Notes: generated from the sequence alone by a model not told the origin. A stretch of DNA of 36,126 bases from Eubacteriales bacterium (GCA_028709565.1 JAQVWU010000001.1:1-36126); one strand, 5' to 3'; numbered from the stretch's first letter, positions 8,060 through 17,149 are shown. Translations and numbers: made by a program.

Positions 8060-8527
8060 ATGGATTTGGTTTTTGAGATATTATCCGAAAGCGCAGCGGA
8101 TACAGAATCGGCAGGTAAAAACCTTGCGCGGTTACTAACCGACCGGGAGGGTGACCTTCCAAACTTTATCGCTATGTACGGCGGATTGGGCGCGGGCAAA
8201 ACCGCGTTTGTCCGGGGTCTGGCATCCGTTTTAACACCTGAATCGCACGTTACCAGCCCCACATATGCGATACTGAATGTATACGAAGGCAATAGCTGTA
8301 CCCTTTATCATCTGGACCTCTATCGTATTACCGGTGAAGATGATCTGTATTCGGTGGGTTTTGACGAATTGTTCGGCGTGAATCCATATCCCAAAAAGGT
8401 CGTTATTGCCGCGGAATGGTGCGAAAATATACCCGGTTCGCTTCCCGACAGATATATCAGCGTCACGTTTGGCAAAAGCGGCGAAAACAAACGGCTTATC
8501 AGGGCGGCAATAATCGACCGCGGTTAA
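8060..8527 (+). CDS. tsaE: tRNA t6A37 biosynthesis ATPase TsaE
   Basis: 155 aa with Walker A GGLGAGKTAFVRGL and SPTYAI, which are TsaE/YjeE hallmarks. It starts 6 nt after fhs. Confidence 0.85.
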   Translation: MDLVFEILSESAADTESAGKNLARLLTDREGDLPNFIAMYGGLGAGKTAFVRGLASVLTPESHVTSPTYAILNVYEGNSCTLYHLDLYRITGEDDLYSVGFDELFGVNPYPKKVVIAAEWCENIPGSLPDRYISVTFGKSGENKRLIRAAIIDRG

Positions 8528-8574
8528 TATACTAAATATGCCATTATACGCTTAACAGAAAGTGGTTTTATAAT

Positions 8575-9288
8575 ATGCTGATATTCGCCATAGATACTAC
8601 AGCGACAACCGCATCGGCGGCTTTAACAGAAGACACAAAACTGATTGCTCAGTTTTCGATAAATAAAATCAACACGCACAGCGAAACACTGCTCCCGATG
8701 GTGAAATCCATATTTGACAACCTGAACGTCAATATCTCCGATATTGACCTGCTCGCCTGTTCGGAGGGGCCCGGTTCCTTTACCGGGGTGAGAATTGGGG
8801 TCGCCACAATAAAAGGGTTGGCATTCGGGTCAAATACAGCTTGCTGCGGTGTTTCAACGCTTGAGGCGCTTGCGTTTAATCTTGAAAATACAGCGCAAGA
8901 TGCTGTTGTCTGTCCGGTTATGGACGCGCGCCGCAGCCGGGTATATAACGCGCTCTTCCGCAACGGTGAACGCCTCGCTCCGGACCGTATAATTGCGCTC
9001 CCGGAACTTTTGAATGAACTAAAAAAACATGATGCGCCTGTCTATTTTACCGGCGACGGTTATAGCCTGGCACATGAGAACATCATGCTTCCTAATATAC
9101 GAAATACACCGGAACTGCTTCGGTATCAAAGCGCGTATTCGGTGGCGGTTGTTGCGTACCGAAAATATAATCTGTCCTCAACCCGCTGCTCCGATATTGA
9201 TCTGTCACCGGTTTATCTGCGGCAGTCACAGGCGGAACGTACAGCCCAAAAGCAAAAAAACTTAAATACGCAACAGAAAGAAGGATAA
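8575..9288 (+). CDS. tsaB: tRNA t6A37 biosynthesis protein TsaB
   Basis: The N-terminus MLIFAIDTT...HSETLLPMV...GPGSFTGVRIGVATIKGLA is typical of TsaB/YeaZ. Confidence 0.85.
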   Translation: MLIFAIDTTATTASAALTEDTKLIAQFSINKINTHSETLLPMVKSIFDNLNVNISDIDLLACSEGPGSFTGVRIGVATIKGLAFGSNTACCGVSTLEALAFNLENTAQDAVVCPVMDARRSRVYNALFRNGERLAPDRIIALPELLNELKKHDAPVYFTGDGYSLAHENIMLPNIRNTPELLRYQSAYSVAVVAYRKYNLSSTRCSDIDLSPVYLRQSQAERTAQKQKNLNTQQKEG

Positions 9289-9290
9289 CT

Positions 9291-9734
9291 ATGCCCTTAA
9301 AAATCGCCATAGCATCCGACCACGGCGGCTATGAATTAAAAGAAAAAATCAAGCTTCATCTCAATAAACGCAATATTGAATTTTCCGATTTCGGAACCGA
9401 AAGCATAAACTCGGTAAATTATCCCGATTATGCTCATATTGTTTGTGAAGCGATAAACAAAGATGGGTATAAGCTGGGGATTTTAGTCTGTGGCACAGGC
9501 ATAGGCATGTCTATCGCAGCCAATAAGCACAAAGGGATACGCGCGGCCTGCTGTTCAGACACCTACAGCTCGCGTCTCTCCCGCATGCATAACGACGCCA
9601 ATGTATTGTGTCTGGGCGGCAGAGTTGTCGGTGACGCGCTTGCCAATGATATTGTAGACCAGTTTCTTAACAATGAATTTGAAGGCGGAAGACATGCCGA
9701 TCGCATATCAATGTATCCGGATACCGACAGATAA
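9291..9734 (+). CDS. rpiB: Ribose-5-phosphate isomerase B (RpiB/LacAB family)
   Basis: 147 aa with KIAIASDHGGYELKEKI and CGTGIGMSIAANK motifs. GAAGGA SD. It starts 3 nt after tsaB. Confidence 0.9.
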   Translation: MPLKIAIASDHGGYELKEKIKLHLNKRNIEFSDFGTESINSVNYPDYAHIVCEAINKDGYKLGILVCGTGIGMSIAANKHKGIRAACCSDTYSSRLSRMHNDANVLCLGGRVVGDALANDIVDQFLNNEFEGGRHADRISMYPDTDR

Positions 9735-9743
9735 AATTAACGG

Positions 9744-9776
9744 AAGACGTTCCGCGGGTTATACGGAACGTCTTTT
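9744..9776. terminator. Intrinsic terminator shared by convergent rpiB (+) and the cotH-like gene (-)
   Basis: 11-bp perfect stem AAGACGTTCCG / CGGAACGTCTT (9744-9754 and 9764-9774) with a 9-nt loop. It is followed by TTTTATT on the plus strand. Confidence 0.7.
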
Positions 9777-9777
9777 A

Positions 9778-11397
9778 TTATCTGTTTATTTTTTCTATAT
9801 AATCATCCAGAAACTTCATGCGGCCTTTAATGAAATTTTTGATATAGCCGTTGTCGTCATAAACGTGTCCTCCGGACGGCCATCGCTGGACCTCACGGTC
9901 CCATGTACCCGATGATTTTAATTCATCGGTAAGTTCGCTGACCCGATTGATAAGAGCGTCATCGGACAATACGCCTCGGCGAAGCGATCTCCACTTATTT
10001 GATAATTTTTTTCTGGCACCGTTTACATCGCTGAGTATTATCCTATTTGGCAGAACTCCTGCACCGATAAACTCTGTGAGCTCCTTTTCCCTGTATTGCC
10101 AAAACAACGGGGCATCGGCATCCCATGTGACACCCCAGGATAGATCGCAGTCCCATGGGCACAGGAGCGCCGTATAACCGGAATAGTTGCGCTTAAATGT
10201 CATAAACATATTTTTCCAGCCGTTGTCCTCACCGCTTATAACATTCACCAGTATCCAATAATCCAAAACATTATCTATATCTACGACTTTTGCTATTTCT
10301 TTCATAAAAACATCGTCGTCCGATTCAAATATAAGTCCGACAAGGTCGGCGACAATATTCCAACTGGCTTCATCCGGCTCATCGGGATGTTTCATAAATA
10401 TCGAATCAACCGAACGCGCCGACGCCGATTCCCTTATTTCCGCGGCTTTCGGAATTTCCCAGCTTTCGATTTTGCATAAGATTTCGCTCTGAACGTCATC
10501 TATCTTCTGTTGTTTTTTATCAACCGGAACAACAAGTCCGTATAATCCCCAATAACGTCCGTTTAAAATCAATTCTATATATTTTATCTGCGGTCCATTA
10601 TGTAATCCGAAATTATTGTTTTTCGCCGCGAATGCCGACCATAAATCATATGACAGGCGGTCACGGATTTTTGACTCATCCGTATAGATGGCAAGCAATA
10701 CCCAGTCATCATCATTACGCATACCGAGCAGATTCATATCGTTCTTTTTTCCGTCGGCCACCAGATTCATCTTATAACTGACTTTGGGAAACGCTCTCGA
10801 CGAACCGCCTCTGACGTTTATTAAAATATCTGATTTTTGTTTTGTCCCAGCATCGGTAAGCGTCATAAATCCTTCGGATATATCGGGCGTGATCGGATAG
10901 TTATAATCAACTACCGTGCCGCTGTTATCAATTGTCATCACGGGCATATACGTGAATATTAATCGGCATAACAAATATTGTGTATTATTATAAGCAAACA
11001 GTTTATAATTTTTTCCGGCAGATATTATTTCCTCAAGAGATAATTCAAGTTCCGTGTTTTCTAAAATTTTCAAAGATACTGCTGTACCTGCACTGTGGGT
11101 CAGTTTATATTTATTCAGATTATCACCACTGGCGACGGTTATATAATAAACATTATTTTCACTGTCATAAGGAATCTGTATATCGTTTATATACAAGTCA
11201 CCGATTATGTTATCGGTTGTCTGTTCGTTCTCAACACATATTTTCGTGTAATCATCGATTTTCATGACCTCAATACCCATAACTTTACTTTCCGTTATAG
11301 TGTTGCCGTATTGATTACCGCCTATATCGTCCGAGCAGGCAAACAACACAGAAAACAATAATAAAGCTATGAAAATAAGAACTTTAATTTTTTTCAT
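9778..11397 (-). CDS. CotH kinase family protein with lipoprotein-type signal peptide
   Basis: 539 aa. The N-terminus MKKIKVLIFIALLLFSVLFAC has a lipobox-like LFAC. CotH-like motifs are VRGGSSRAFPKVSYKMNL, LNGRYWGLYGL and CPWDCDLSWG. Confidence 0.7.
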   Translation of the reverse strand: MKKIKVLIFIALLLFSVLFACSDDIGGNQYGNTITESKVMGIEVMKIDDYTKICVENEQTTDNIIGDLYINDIQIPYDSENNVYYITVASGDNLNKYKLTHSAGTAVSLKILENTELELSLEEIISAGKNYKLFAYNNTQYLLCRLIFTYMPVMTIDNSGTVVDYNYPITPDISEGFMTLTDAGTKQKSDILINVRGGSSRAFPKVSYKMNLVADGKKNDMNLLGMRNDDDWVLLAIYTDESKIRDRLSYDLWSAFAAKNNNFGLHNGPQIKYIELILNGRYWGLYGLVVPVDKKQQKIDDVQSEILCKIESWEIPKAAEIRESASARSVDSIFMKHPDEPDEASWNIVADLVGLIFESDDDVFMKEIAKVVDIDNVLDYWILVNVISGEDNGWKNMFMTFKRNYSGYTALLCPWDCDLSWGVTWDADAPLFWQYREKELTEFIGAGVLPNRIILSDVNGARKKLSNKWRSLRRGVLSDDALINRVSELTDELKSSGTWDREVQRWPSGGHVYDDNGYIKNFIKGRMKFLDDYIEKINR

Positions 11398-11461
11398 TTA
11401 GTTTTTACAATCCTCATTAGGCATATACCCCTGTCCTGCGACCACAGAAATCAAGTTATCC

Positions 11462-12442
11462 TTATGCCAGTTCCGATAATCGGTCAAGAAAGCTTCCGAC
11501 TCCCATAATAGCGCATATCGGCGGATTATCAGCCAGTTCTGTTTTAATTCCCGTTGCCTCTCCAATCAATCGGGATAAGCCGGGCAGCATAGCGCCTCCT
11601 CCGGTCAGGGTGATTCCGTTTTTTTTGATATCAGCGATAAGCTCGGGGGGTGTTTTTTCAAGAAGAGATACCGCCGCGCCCGCAATCATATCGGCCTCAA
11701 CGGTCAGCGCTTCGGCAATCTCATTCTGCGATAAAGATATGGTTCTGGGAAGTCCGTCGTAATATCCGATACCATGAACTTTTATTTCAGGCTGCCGGTC
11801 AGATTGTTGTATAATACCGATTGCTTTTTTAAGCTCTTCCGCAGTCTCTTCGCGGACGGTCAGATTATGACTTTTACAAAGATAAGATATAACAGCTTCG
11901 TCGCAGCTGTCACCGGCGGTTTGCAACAATTCGGATACAATAACTTTATTAAGCGATATAACACTGATAGCAGTCATATGACCGCCTATGTTAATAACCA
12001 TATTTCCGCTTGGCAGCGAAATGTCAAGTCCCGCGCCTGAAGCAGCAGCTATCGTCTCATCTATCAGATATACCTTTTTTATGCCTGCCGCAAGAACGGC
12101 TTCAGTAACCAACCGCTCTTCTCCTTGAGACAAATCCGACGGAACACTGATTGCCGCCCGCGGTTTGAAAATTCGTGAACCGCATACTTTCCTGACAAAA
12201 AAAGCGAGCATTTTGGTCAGAATATCATACTGTATGTTAATTCCGTTACGAAACGGTCGTAAAATCGCAATATTACCCGGTGTGCGCCCTGTAAGAAGTC
12301 TGGCTTCCTCCCCGATTTTTACAATATTACCACTGTCTTTATCAATTGCGATAATTGACGGTTCGTTTAACGCAATCCCCTGTCCTTTCAAATATACCGA
12401 TACAGTTGAGGCGCCTATATCTATCCCTATATCTTTACCCAT
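11462..12442 (-). CDS. MreB/Mbl-like actin-fold protein (divergent paralog)
   Basis: The ORF-track ORF extends to 12559. I prefer the ATG at 12442 (AAGGAG 6 nt upstream; MGKDIGIDIGASTVSVYLKG...). It aligns by eye along its whole length with MreB (GRTPGNI, LTGGGAMLPGL), but several nucleotide-binding motifs are altered. Confidence 0.8.
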   Translation of the reverse strand: MGKDIGIDIGASTVSVYLKGQGIALNEPSIIAIDKDSGNIVKIGEEARLLTGRTPGNIAILRPFRNGINIQYDILTKMLAFFVRKVCGSRIFKPRAAISVPSDLSQGEERLVTEAVLAAGIKKVYLIDETIAAASGAGLDISLPSGNMVINIGGHMTAISVISLNKVIVSELLQTAGDSCDEAVISYLCKSHNLTVREETAEELKKAIGIIQQSDRQPEIKVHGIGYYDGLPRTISLSQNEIAEALTVEADMIAGAAVSLLEKTPPELIADIKKNGITLTGGGAMLPGLSRLIGEATGIKTELADNPPICAIMGVGSFLDRLSELA

Positions 12443-12452
12443 GTAAATCTCC

Positions 12453-13169
12453 TTAGCTTTTAACAGTTTTAGCGATAACAGCGCAATCGACATTTTTCGC
12501 ACCGTTGTCTGTGAGCAGCTTCGCGCATGCGGCCAGGGTCGCTCCTGTTGTATAAACATCGTCTATCAATATACATCGTTTCCCGTAAAACTTTATTATG
12601 TTTTTCTTTTTAATATAATAGGCATTTAAAGCGTTAAGCCTTCGATCTTCCAAAGTAAGTTTTTTTTGCTGAATGAGACGCCGGCCGGATTTATAACTCA
12701 GGACATTAAAATAATCCAGATTCATCATGTCTGATACGCTGTGTGCCAGTAATGCGGCTTGATCGAACCCGTATTTAATAATTGCCTTACGGGAACGGGG
12801 TACATTAATTATTATTGTGTTACGGGGAATTTGGTGATAATGCTTTTTTAGAGTTTCCGCCAAATTAAAAGCCAAAAAATTATATATATCTCTTGAGTTA
12901 TGTCTTTTTAAAGCAAGAATCATCGATTTTGACGGTGTGTCGCGGTTTATCCGGTAATATGTTAAATATATCAACGACATTTGATTCTTTATATCCGAAA
13001 CCGGGTTCAGAGAAACTTCTTCACACTCCCTTAACCAACCGGAATAGCAGAGCGAACATAATTCAATTTCGTTCATTAAATCGATTGCGCAGCCGCAGAC
13101 CGCACACCTGCGGCCGTTTATAAATCTTAATATGTTGATTATTTTATTCATTTTACATATTTTTGTCAT
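12453..13169 (-). CDS. comFC: ComF family protein (ComFC-type: N-terminal Cys-rich zinc finger plus phosphoribosyltransferase domain)
   Basis: Motifs are CAVCGC...CSLCYSGW and the PRTase motif ILIDDVYTTGATL. The ORF-track N-terminus overlaps recD2 and is rejected. The start is either 13169 or 13151, both ATG and neither with a good SD. Confidence 0.75.
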   Translation of the reverse strand: MTKICKMNKIINILRFINGRRCAVCGCAIDLMNEIELCSLCYSGWLRECEEVSLNPVSDIKNQMSLIYLTYYRINRDTPSKSMILALKRHNSRDIYNFLAFNLAETLKKHYHQIPRNTIIINVPRSRKAIIKYGFDQAALLAHSVSDMMNLDYFNVLSYKSGRRLIQQKKLTLEDRRLNALNAYYIKKKNIIKFYGKRCILIDDVYTTGATLAACAKLLTDNGAKNVDCAVIAKTVKS

Positions 13170-13185
13170 TTTAGTTATTTTATTT

Positions 13186-15516
13186 TCATTCGGCCTGCAC
13201 CGGGTTTGTTTTCTCAGAATCATATTCAATAACGGCAGCTTCGGAACATTCTGATTTTGCTGCTCGCAATTCATCATCGCGGATGTCAAGTGCGTTAAGT
13301 AATTCCGAAAGCCCGGAATAACGCTTAGCACGGCGATTATTATCAACCATAGCTGAAACGATATCACGTCTGCCGACCATTATAACCATCTCCTGCGCGC
13401 GCGTTACAGCAGTATAAAGCAGGTTGCGGGTCATTAGCTGAGGCGCGAAGCGATATATCGGAATAATCACCACGGGATACTCACTTCCCTGACTCTTGTG
13501 CACGGTTATAGCGTAGGCAAGCTCCAGTTCATCCAGCATATTGAACTCATAAACAGCGGCTCGTTCATCGAAATTTATTTTCACTGTCTCTTCTTCATAA
13601 TCAATCTGCGTTATAATGCCGATATCTCCGTTAAAAATACCGATGCCGTCCGTCTCATCTTTTTGCCATGTGATATTATAATTGTTTTTTATCTGCATGA
13701 CTTTATCGCCTTCACGCAGTATGACGTCATGAATCTTTTTCTCACGCTTTTTGGGTGATTCGGGATTGAGCGCCTTCTGCAGCATGTTGTTGAGCACCGC
13801 CGTTCCCGCACCGCCCTTGCGCGAGGGCGTAATTATCTGAATATCCGACTTTATTTTTTCGCCGTATGATTTCGGCAGACGGTTAAGGCACAGGTCGGCA
13901 ACCGTTCGCGCGATATTATTGTCATTTTCGCGGGGCAAAAAGAAAAAGTCGGTATCTTTATTGTTTAATTCGGGATATTCACCTGTATTTATAGCATGAG
14001 CATTGGTTATGATGAGACTCTGGGACGCCTGTCTGAATATTTCGGTTAATCTTACCGTTTTGAATTTCCCGGATGCTATTATATCATAAAGCACATTGCC
14101 CGCGCCCACCGAAGGAAGCTGATCGGAATCCCCTATAAGAATCAGCCGCGCTCCGGGTTTTATGGCTTTAAGTAATGAGGCTATCAAAGAAATATCTACC
14201 ATTGATGCCTCGTCTATGATTACAACGCGCTCGTCCAGGGTGTTGTTTTCGTTGCGTTTAAACCGCGGCCAGACATCGTCGGCGTATTCCATTTCAAGCA
14301 GACGGTGGATTGTCTTTGCTTCCCTCGCGGTCGCCTCAGACATACGTTTCGCGGCGCGCCCTGTCGGCGCGGTCAGGGCAATTTCGGTATCCAGTCTGTC
14401 AAATACACGCAGCACGGCTTTGATAACGGTGGTTTTACCGGTCCCGGGACCGCCGGTCAACACCATTACGCCGTTATTGACCGCGCTTGTAATCGCCTTT
14501 TTCTGCATGGCGGCGTATGATATTCCGCTTTCCAATTCGATCATGGAGATAAACCGGTCAATATCATCGATATCCAGTTTTGGGCACAGTTTATCAAGCA
14601 AGTCCAGTTTCTGTGCGGTATATATTTCAGCTTCATAGTAGTTATTGGCGTATATTACATTGATTCCACCGCGTTTAACACGTTTTACGTTATTTTCATC
14701 ACAAAGTTTGTTCAACGCGTCCTCAGCCATATCTGCCGTTATATCCAGCATCCTTACCGTAAGCGAAATAAGGCCGGATTCGGGAATAAAAACATGTCCG
14801 TTGCGCGACGCGTTAAAAGTTAATAAATATTTTATACCGGCTTTAATGCGATATAATGAATTTTTATCCACCCCCAGTGATGCGGCTATTTTATCGGCTC
14901 TCTCAAACCCGATACCGTATATATCGTCGCACAGCGAATATGGATTTTCCTTAATGATATCGACGGCGGAACCGCCCCATTTTTTATAAATCCGCAGAGC
15001 CGTTGCCGGTCCAAAATAATCGCGGCAAAACATCATAACCGAACGTACACCAAACTGACGCCGGAATTCCTCGGAAATAGCTTCGGCTTTCTTTTTGGAT
15101 ATGCCCGGTATTTCGGTAAGCCAGTCCGGATGGTTTTCCAATACATCAAAAGTTTCTTCACCGAAACGATCGATTATTTTACGTGCCGAAGCGGGACCGA
15201 TTCCTTTTATGGCACGCGAAGATAAATATTTAAGCATTGAGCTTTCGTTTGCGGGAAGTTGTTTTTCATAATATTCGACTTTAAACTGTCTGCCGAAGTT
15301 TGCGTGATTCTGCCATTGTCCCAATGCTTTTACCGTTTCGCCGGCTGATATATACGGCATTATCCCCACTATAGTGATAAGTTCCGCGTCGGATATCGAA
15401 AGTTCGCATACCGCGTAACCGTTTTCTTCGTTCTGATAAATTATATGCTCTACAATACCTTCGACCGTGAGCAGGTCTTTGCTGTCTTTTTCTTCTATAC
15501 CGGTATAATCCGTCAT
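13186..15516 (-). CDS. recD2: ATP-dependent RecD-like (RecD2, SF1B) DNA helicase
   Basis: N-terminus LTVEGIVEHIIYQNEENGYAVCEL, Walker A GGPGTGKTT, DEASMVD, and C-terminal ITVHKSQGSEYPVV. I prefer the ATG at 15516 (AAGGA 8 nt upstream) over the TTG at 15543. Confidence 0.9.
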   Translation of the reverse strand: MTDYTGIEEKDSKDLLTVEGIVEHIIYQNEENGYAVCELSISDAELITIVGIMPYISAGETVKALGQWQNHANFGRQFKVEYYEKQLPANESSMLKYLSSRAIKGIGPASARKIIDRFGEETFDVLENHPDWLTEIPGISKKKAEAISEEFRRQFGVRSVMMFCRDYFGPATALRIYKKWGGSAVDIIKENPYSLCDDIYGIGFERADKIAASLGVDKNSLYRIKAGIKYLLTFNASRNGHVFIPESGLISLTVRMLDITADMAEDALNKLCDENNVKRVKRGGINVIYANNYYEAEIYTAQKLDLLDKLCPKLDIDDIDRFISMIELESGISYAAMQKKAITSAVNNGVMVLTGGPGTGKTTVIKAVLRVFDRLDTEIALTAPTGRAAKRMSEATAREAKTIHRLLEMEYADDVWPRFKRNENNTLDERVVIIDEASMVDISLIASLLKAIKPGARLILIGDSDQLPSVGAGNVLYDIIASGKFKTVRLTEIFRQASQSLIITNAHAINTGEYPELNNKDTDFFFLPRENDNNIARTVADLCLNRLPKSYGEKIKSDIQIITPSRKGGAGTAVLNNMLQKALNPESPKKREKKIHDVILREGDKVMQIKNNYNITWQKDETDGIGIFNGDIGIITQIDYEEETVKINFDERAAVYEFNMLDELELAYAITVHKSQGSEYPVVIIPIYRFAPQLMTRNLLYTAVTRAQEMVIMVGRRDIVSAMVDNNRRAKRYSGLSELLNALDIRDDELRAAKSECSEAAVIEYDSEKTNPVQAE

Positions 15517-15619
15517 TATTGTAATCCTTACAGAATGTTTCAAGCCACCACATATAAATGCCGTAAACGGCGAAAATCGAAATAATAATCTCCGTAAATA
15601 CCTTAAACATTAATTCACC

Positions 15620-15638
15620 CCGCATATAATATATGCGG
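15620..15638. other. Perfect 8-bp hairpin CCGCATAT-AAT-ATATGCGG in the metK-recD2 spacer (no U-tract)
   Basis: Read directly from the sequence. It lies 22 nt downstream of the metK stop. It lacks a following T-run on the minus strand, so it is not a classical terminator. Confidence 0.3.
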
Positions 15639-15659
15639 AATAAAAACATATGTTAATGT

Positions 15660-16829
15660 TCAGAATTTCATCGCCATGTCGAGGTTTTCCCAGGGCACTT
15701 TCAGATCTTCACGCCCCATATGACCGTAAGCGGCAAGCTGCTTGTATATAGGCCTCCTCAAATCAAATCGTTCGATTATAGCCGCGGGACGCAGATCGAT
15801 ATTGGCATTAATAAGTCCGATAATTTTTTCATCGGTTTCTTTAGCTGTACCAAAGGTCTCAATCATAACAGATACAGGCCGGGCTACGCCGATAGCGTAT
15901 GCCAACTGCACTTCACACCGTTTTGCGAGTCCTGCCGCTACCACATTCTTTGCTATATAACGAGCGGCATAGGTTGCGGTTCTGTCAACCTTTGTAGGAT
16001 CTTTTCCGGAGAACGAACCGCCTCCGTGACGTGAATAGCCGCCATAGGTATCTACGATTATTTTACGGCCGGTCAGACCGCTGTCGCACGCAGGTCCGCC
16101 TATCACAAAACGACCTGTCGGATTAATAAATATTTTAGTACTTTCATCACATAAGTCTGCCGGAACCGTAGTTAATATTATATGTTTTTTTATATCTTCA
16201 GCTATCTGTTCAAGTGATATGTCCCGGTCATGCTGAGAAGAAACGACAATGGTATCGATGCGTACCGCATGTCCGTTCTGATATTCAATTGTAACCTGTG
16301 TCTTGCCATCCGGACGCAGATAAGGGAGAGTGCCGTTTTTGCGGACCTCAGCCATTCGCATTGCCAGCTTATGAGCGAGTGAAATCGGCATGGGCATAAG
16401 CTCCGGTGTTTCATCACAGGCAAAGCCAAACATCATACCCTGATCACCGGCTCCGATATCGAAACGATCGGTAATCTCACCGGTTTTAACTTCAAATGCA
16501 CGATCGACACCGAGCGCTATATCGGGTGATTGTTCATGAACAGAACTCAAAACCGCACAGGTATTGCAGTCAAATCCATATGCGGCGTTGTCATAACCGA
16601 TTTCCCGAATAGTATCGCGGGTTATCGATTGAAAATCTACATAAGCATTGGTTGTTATTTCACCCATAATTGAAATAAGACCGGTGGCAGCTGTAACCTC
16701 ACATGCGACACGGGACATCTTATCCCGCCGCAGCAGTTCATCAAGTATGGCGTCCGCTATTTGATCACAGATTTTATCCGGATGTCCTTCGGTTACCGAT
16801 TCAGATGTAAATAAATTTTTGAAATGCAT
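15660..16829 (-). CDS. metK: S-adenosylmethionine synthase
   Basis: I prefer the ATG at 16829 ([26 protein letters not shown]...). Motifs [10 protein letters not shown] and [15 protein letters not shown] are present. Length is 389 aa. Confidence 0.95.
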   Translation of the reverse strand: MHFKNLFTSESVTEGHPDKICDQIADAILDELLRRDKMSRVACEVTAATGLISIMGEITTNAYVDFQSITRDTIREIGYDNAAYGFDCNTCAVLSSVHEQSPDIALGVDRAFEVKTGEITDRFDIGAGDQGMMFGFACDETPELMPMPISLAHKLAMRMAEVRKNGTLPYLRPDGKTQVTIEYQNGHAVRIDTIVVSSQHDRDISLEQIAEDIKKHIILTTVPADLCDESTKIFINPTGRFVIGGPACDSGLTGRKIIVDTYGGYSRHGGGSFSGKDPTKVDRTATYAARYIAKNVVAAGLAKRCEVQLAYAIGVARPVSVMIETFGTAKETDEKIIGLINANIDLRPAAIIERFDLRRPIYKQLAAYGHMGREDLKVPWENLDMAMKF

Positions 16830-16868
16830 TATGGCAGACACTCCTATAATCGTAATAATTTTCGATAT

Positions 16869-17025
16869 TAATAAATAAAACCCACGGTTTTGTCCGAGGG
16901 TTTGAACTTTATAACACATACAAAGGTATTATATATAGCTCTCATCTCCCGGGATTTAGCACCTTGCCATATCGACAGGTTGCCGGGCTTCACAGGGCCA
17001 GTCCCTCCGCCACTCTTGATAAGAA
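16869..17025 (-). promoter_or_regulatory. SAM-I (S-box) riboswitch with terminator expression platform, controlling metK
   Basis: Minus strand: TTCTTATCAAGAGTGGCGGAGGGACTGGCCCTGTGAAGCCCGGCAACCTGTCGATATGGCAAGGTGCTAAATCCCGGGAGATGAGAG. This matches the S-box core (CTTATCAAGAG, GGAGGGA, GGCCC, GAAGCCCGGCAACC, GGTGCTAA, AGATGAG). The terminator AACCCTCGG-acaaaa-CCGTGGGTT plus TTTATTTATT lies at 16869-16902. Confidence 0.85.
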
Positions 17026-17082
17026 GCCGCATCATTATATTAATAACATAACGCGCGAAAGAAATATATTATTCTGTATGTA

Positions 17083-17111
17083 ATTATATCACACGTATAT
17101 GAGGTTTTCAA
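17083..17111 (-). promoter_or_regulatory. Sigma-A promoter for the S-box/metK unit (TTGAAA - 17 nt - TGaTATAAT)
   Basis: Plus-strand TTTCAA at 17106-17111 and ATTATA at 17083-17088 with a 17-nt spacer and a TGn extension. It is about 50 nt upstream of riboswitch P1. Confidence 0.65.
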
Positions 17112-17149
17112 GATGCTTCTATATTAATATTTTGTAAATTTACGTTATA

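Noticed and set aside
12443-12559. N-terminal extensions given by the ORF track for the mreB-like gene. The same applies to comFC 13170..13367, metK 16830..16919, tuf 19165..19227, rpsG 21865..21897, GH2 3454..3480, metG 33477..33494, and the 5046..5105 extension of the 303-aa gene.
   Set aside because: In each case a downstream start has a proper SD and reproduces the family-typical N-terminus. The extensions overlap upstream genes, leaders or riboswitches.
15281-15649. 122-aa minus-strand ORF overlapping the recD2 start.
   Set aside because: Only its first 25 or so residues (in the intergenic part) look protein-like. The remainder is an Arg-rich out-of-frame read of the well-supported recD2 N-terminus. 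It is kept only as a low-interest note.
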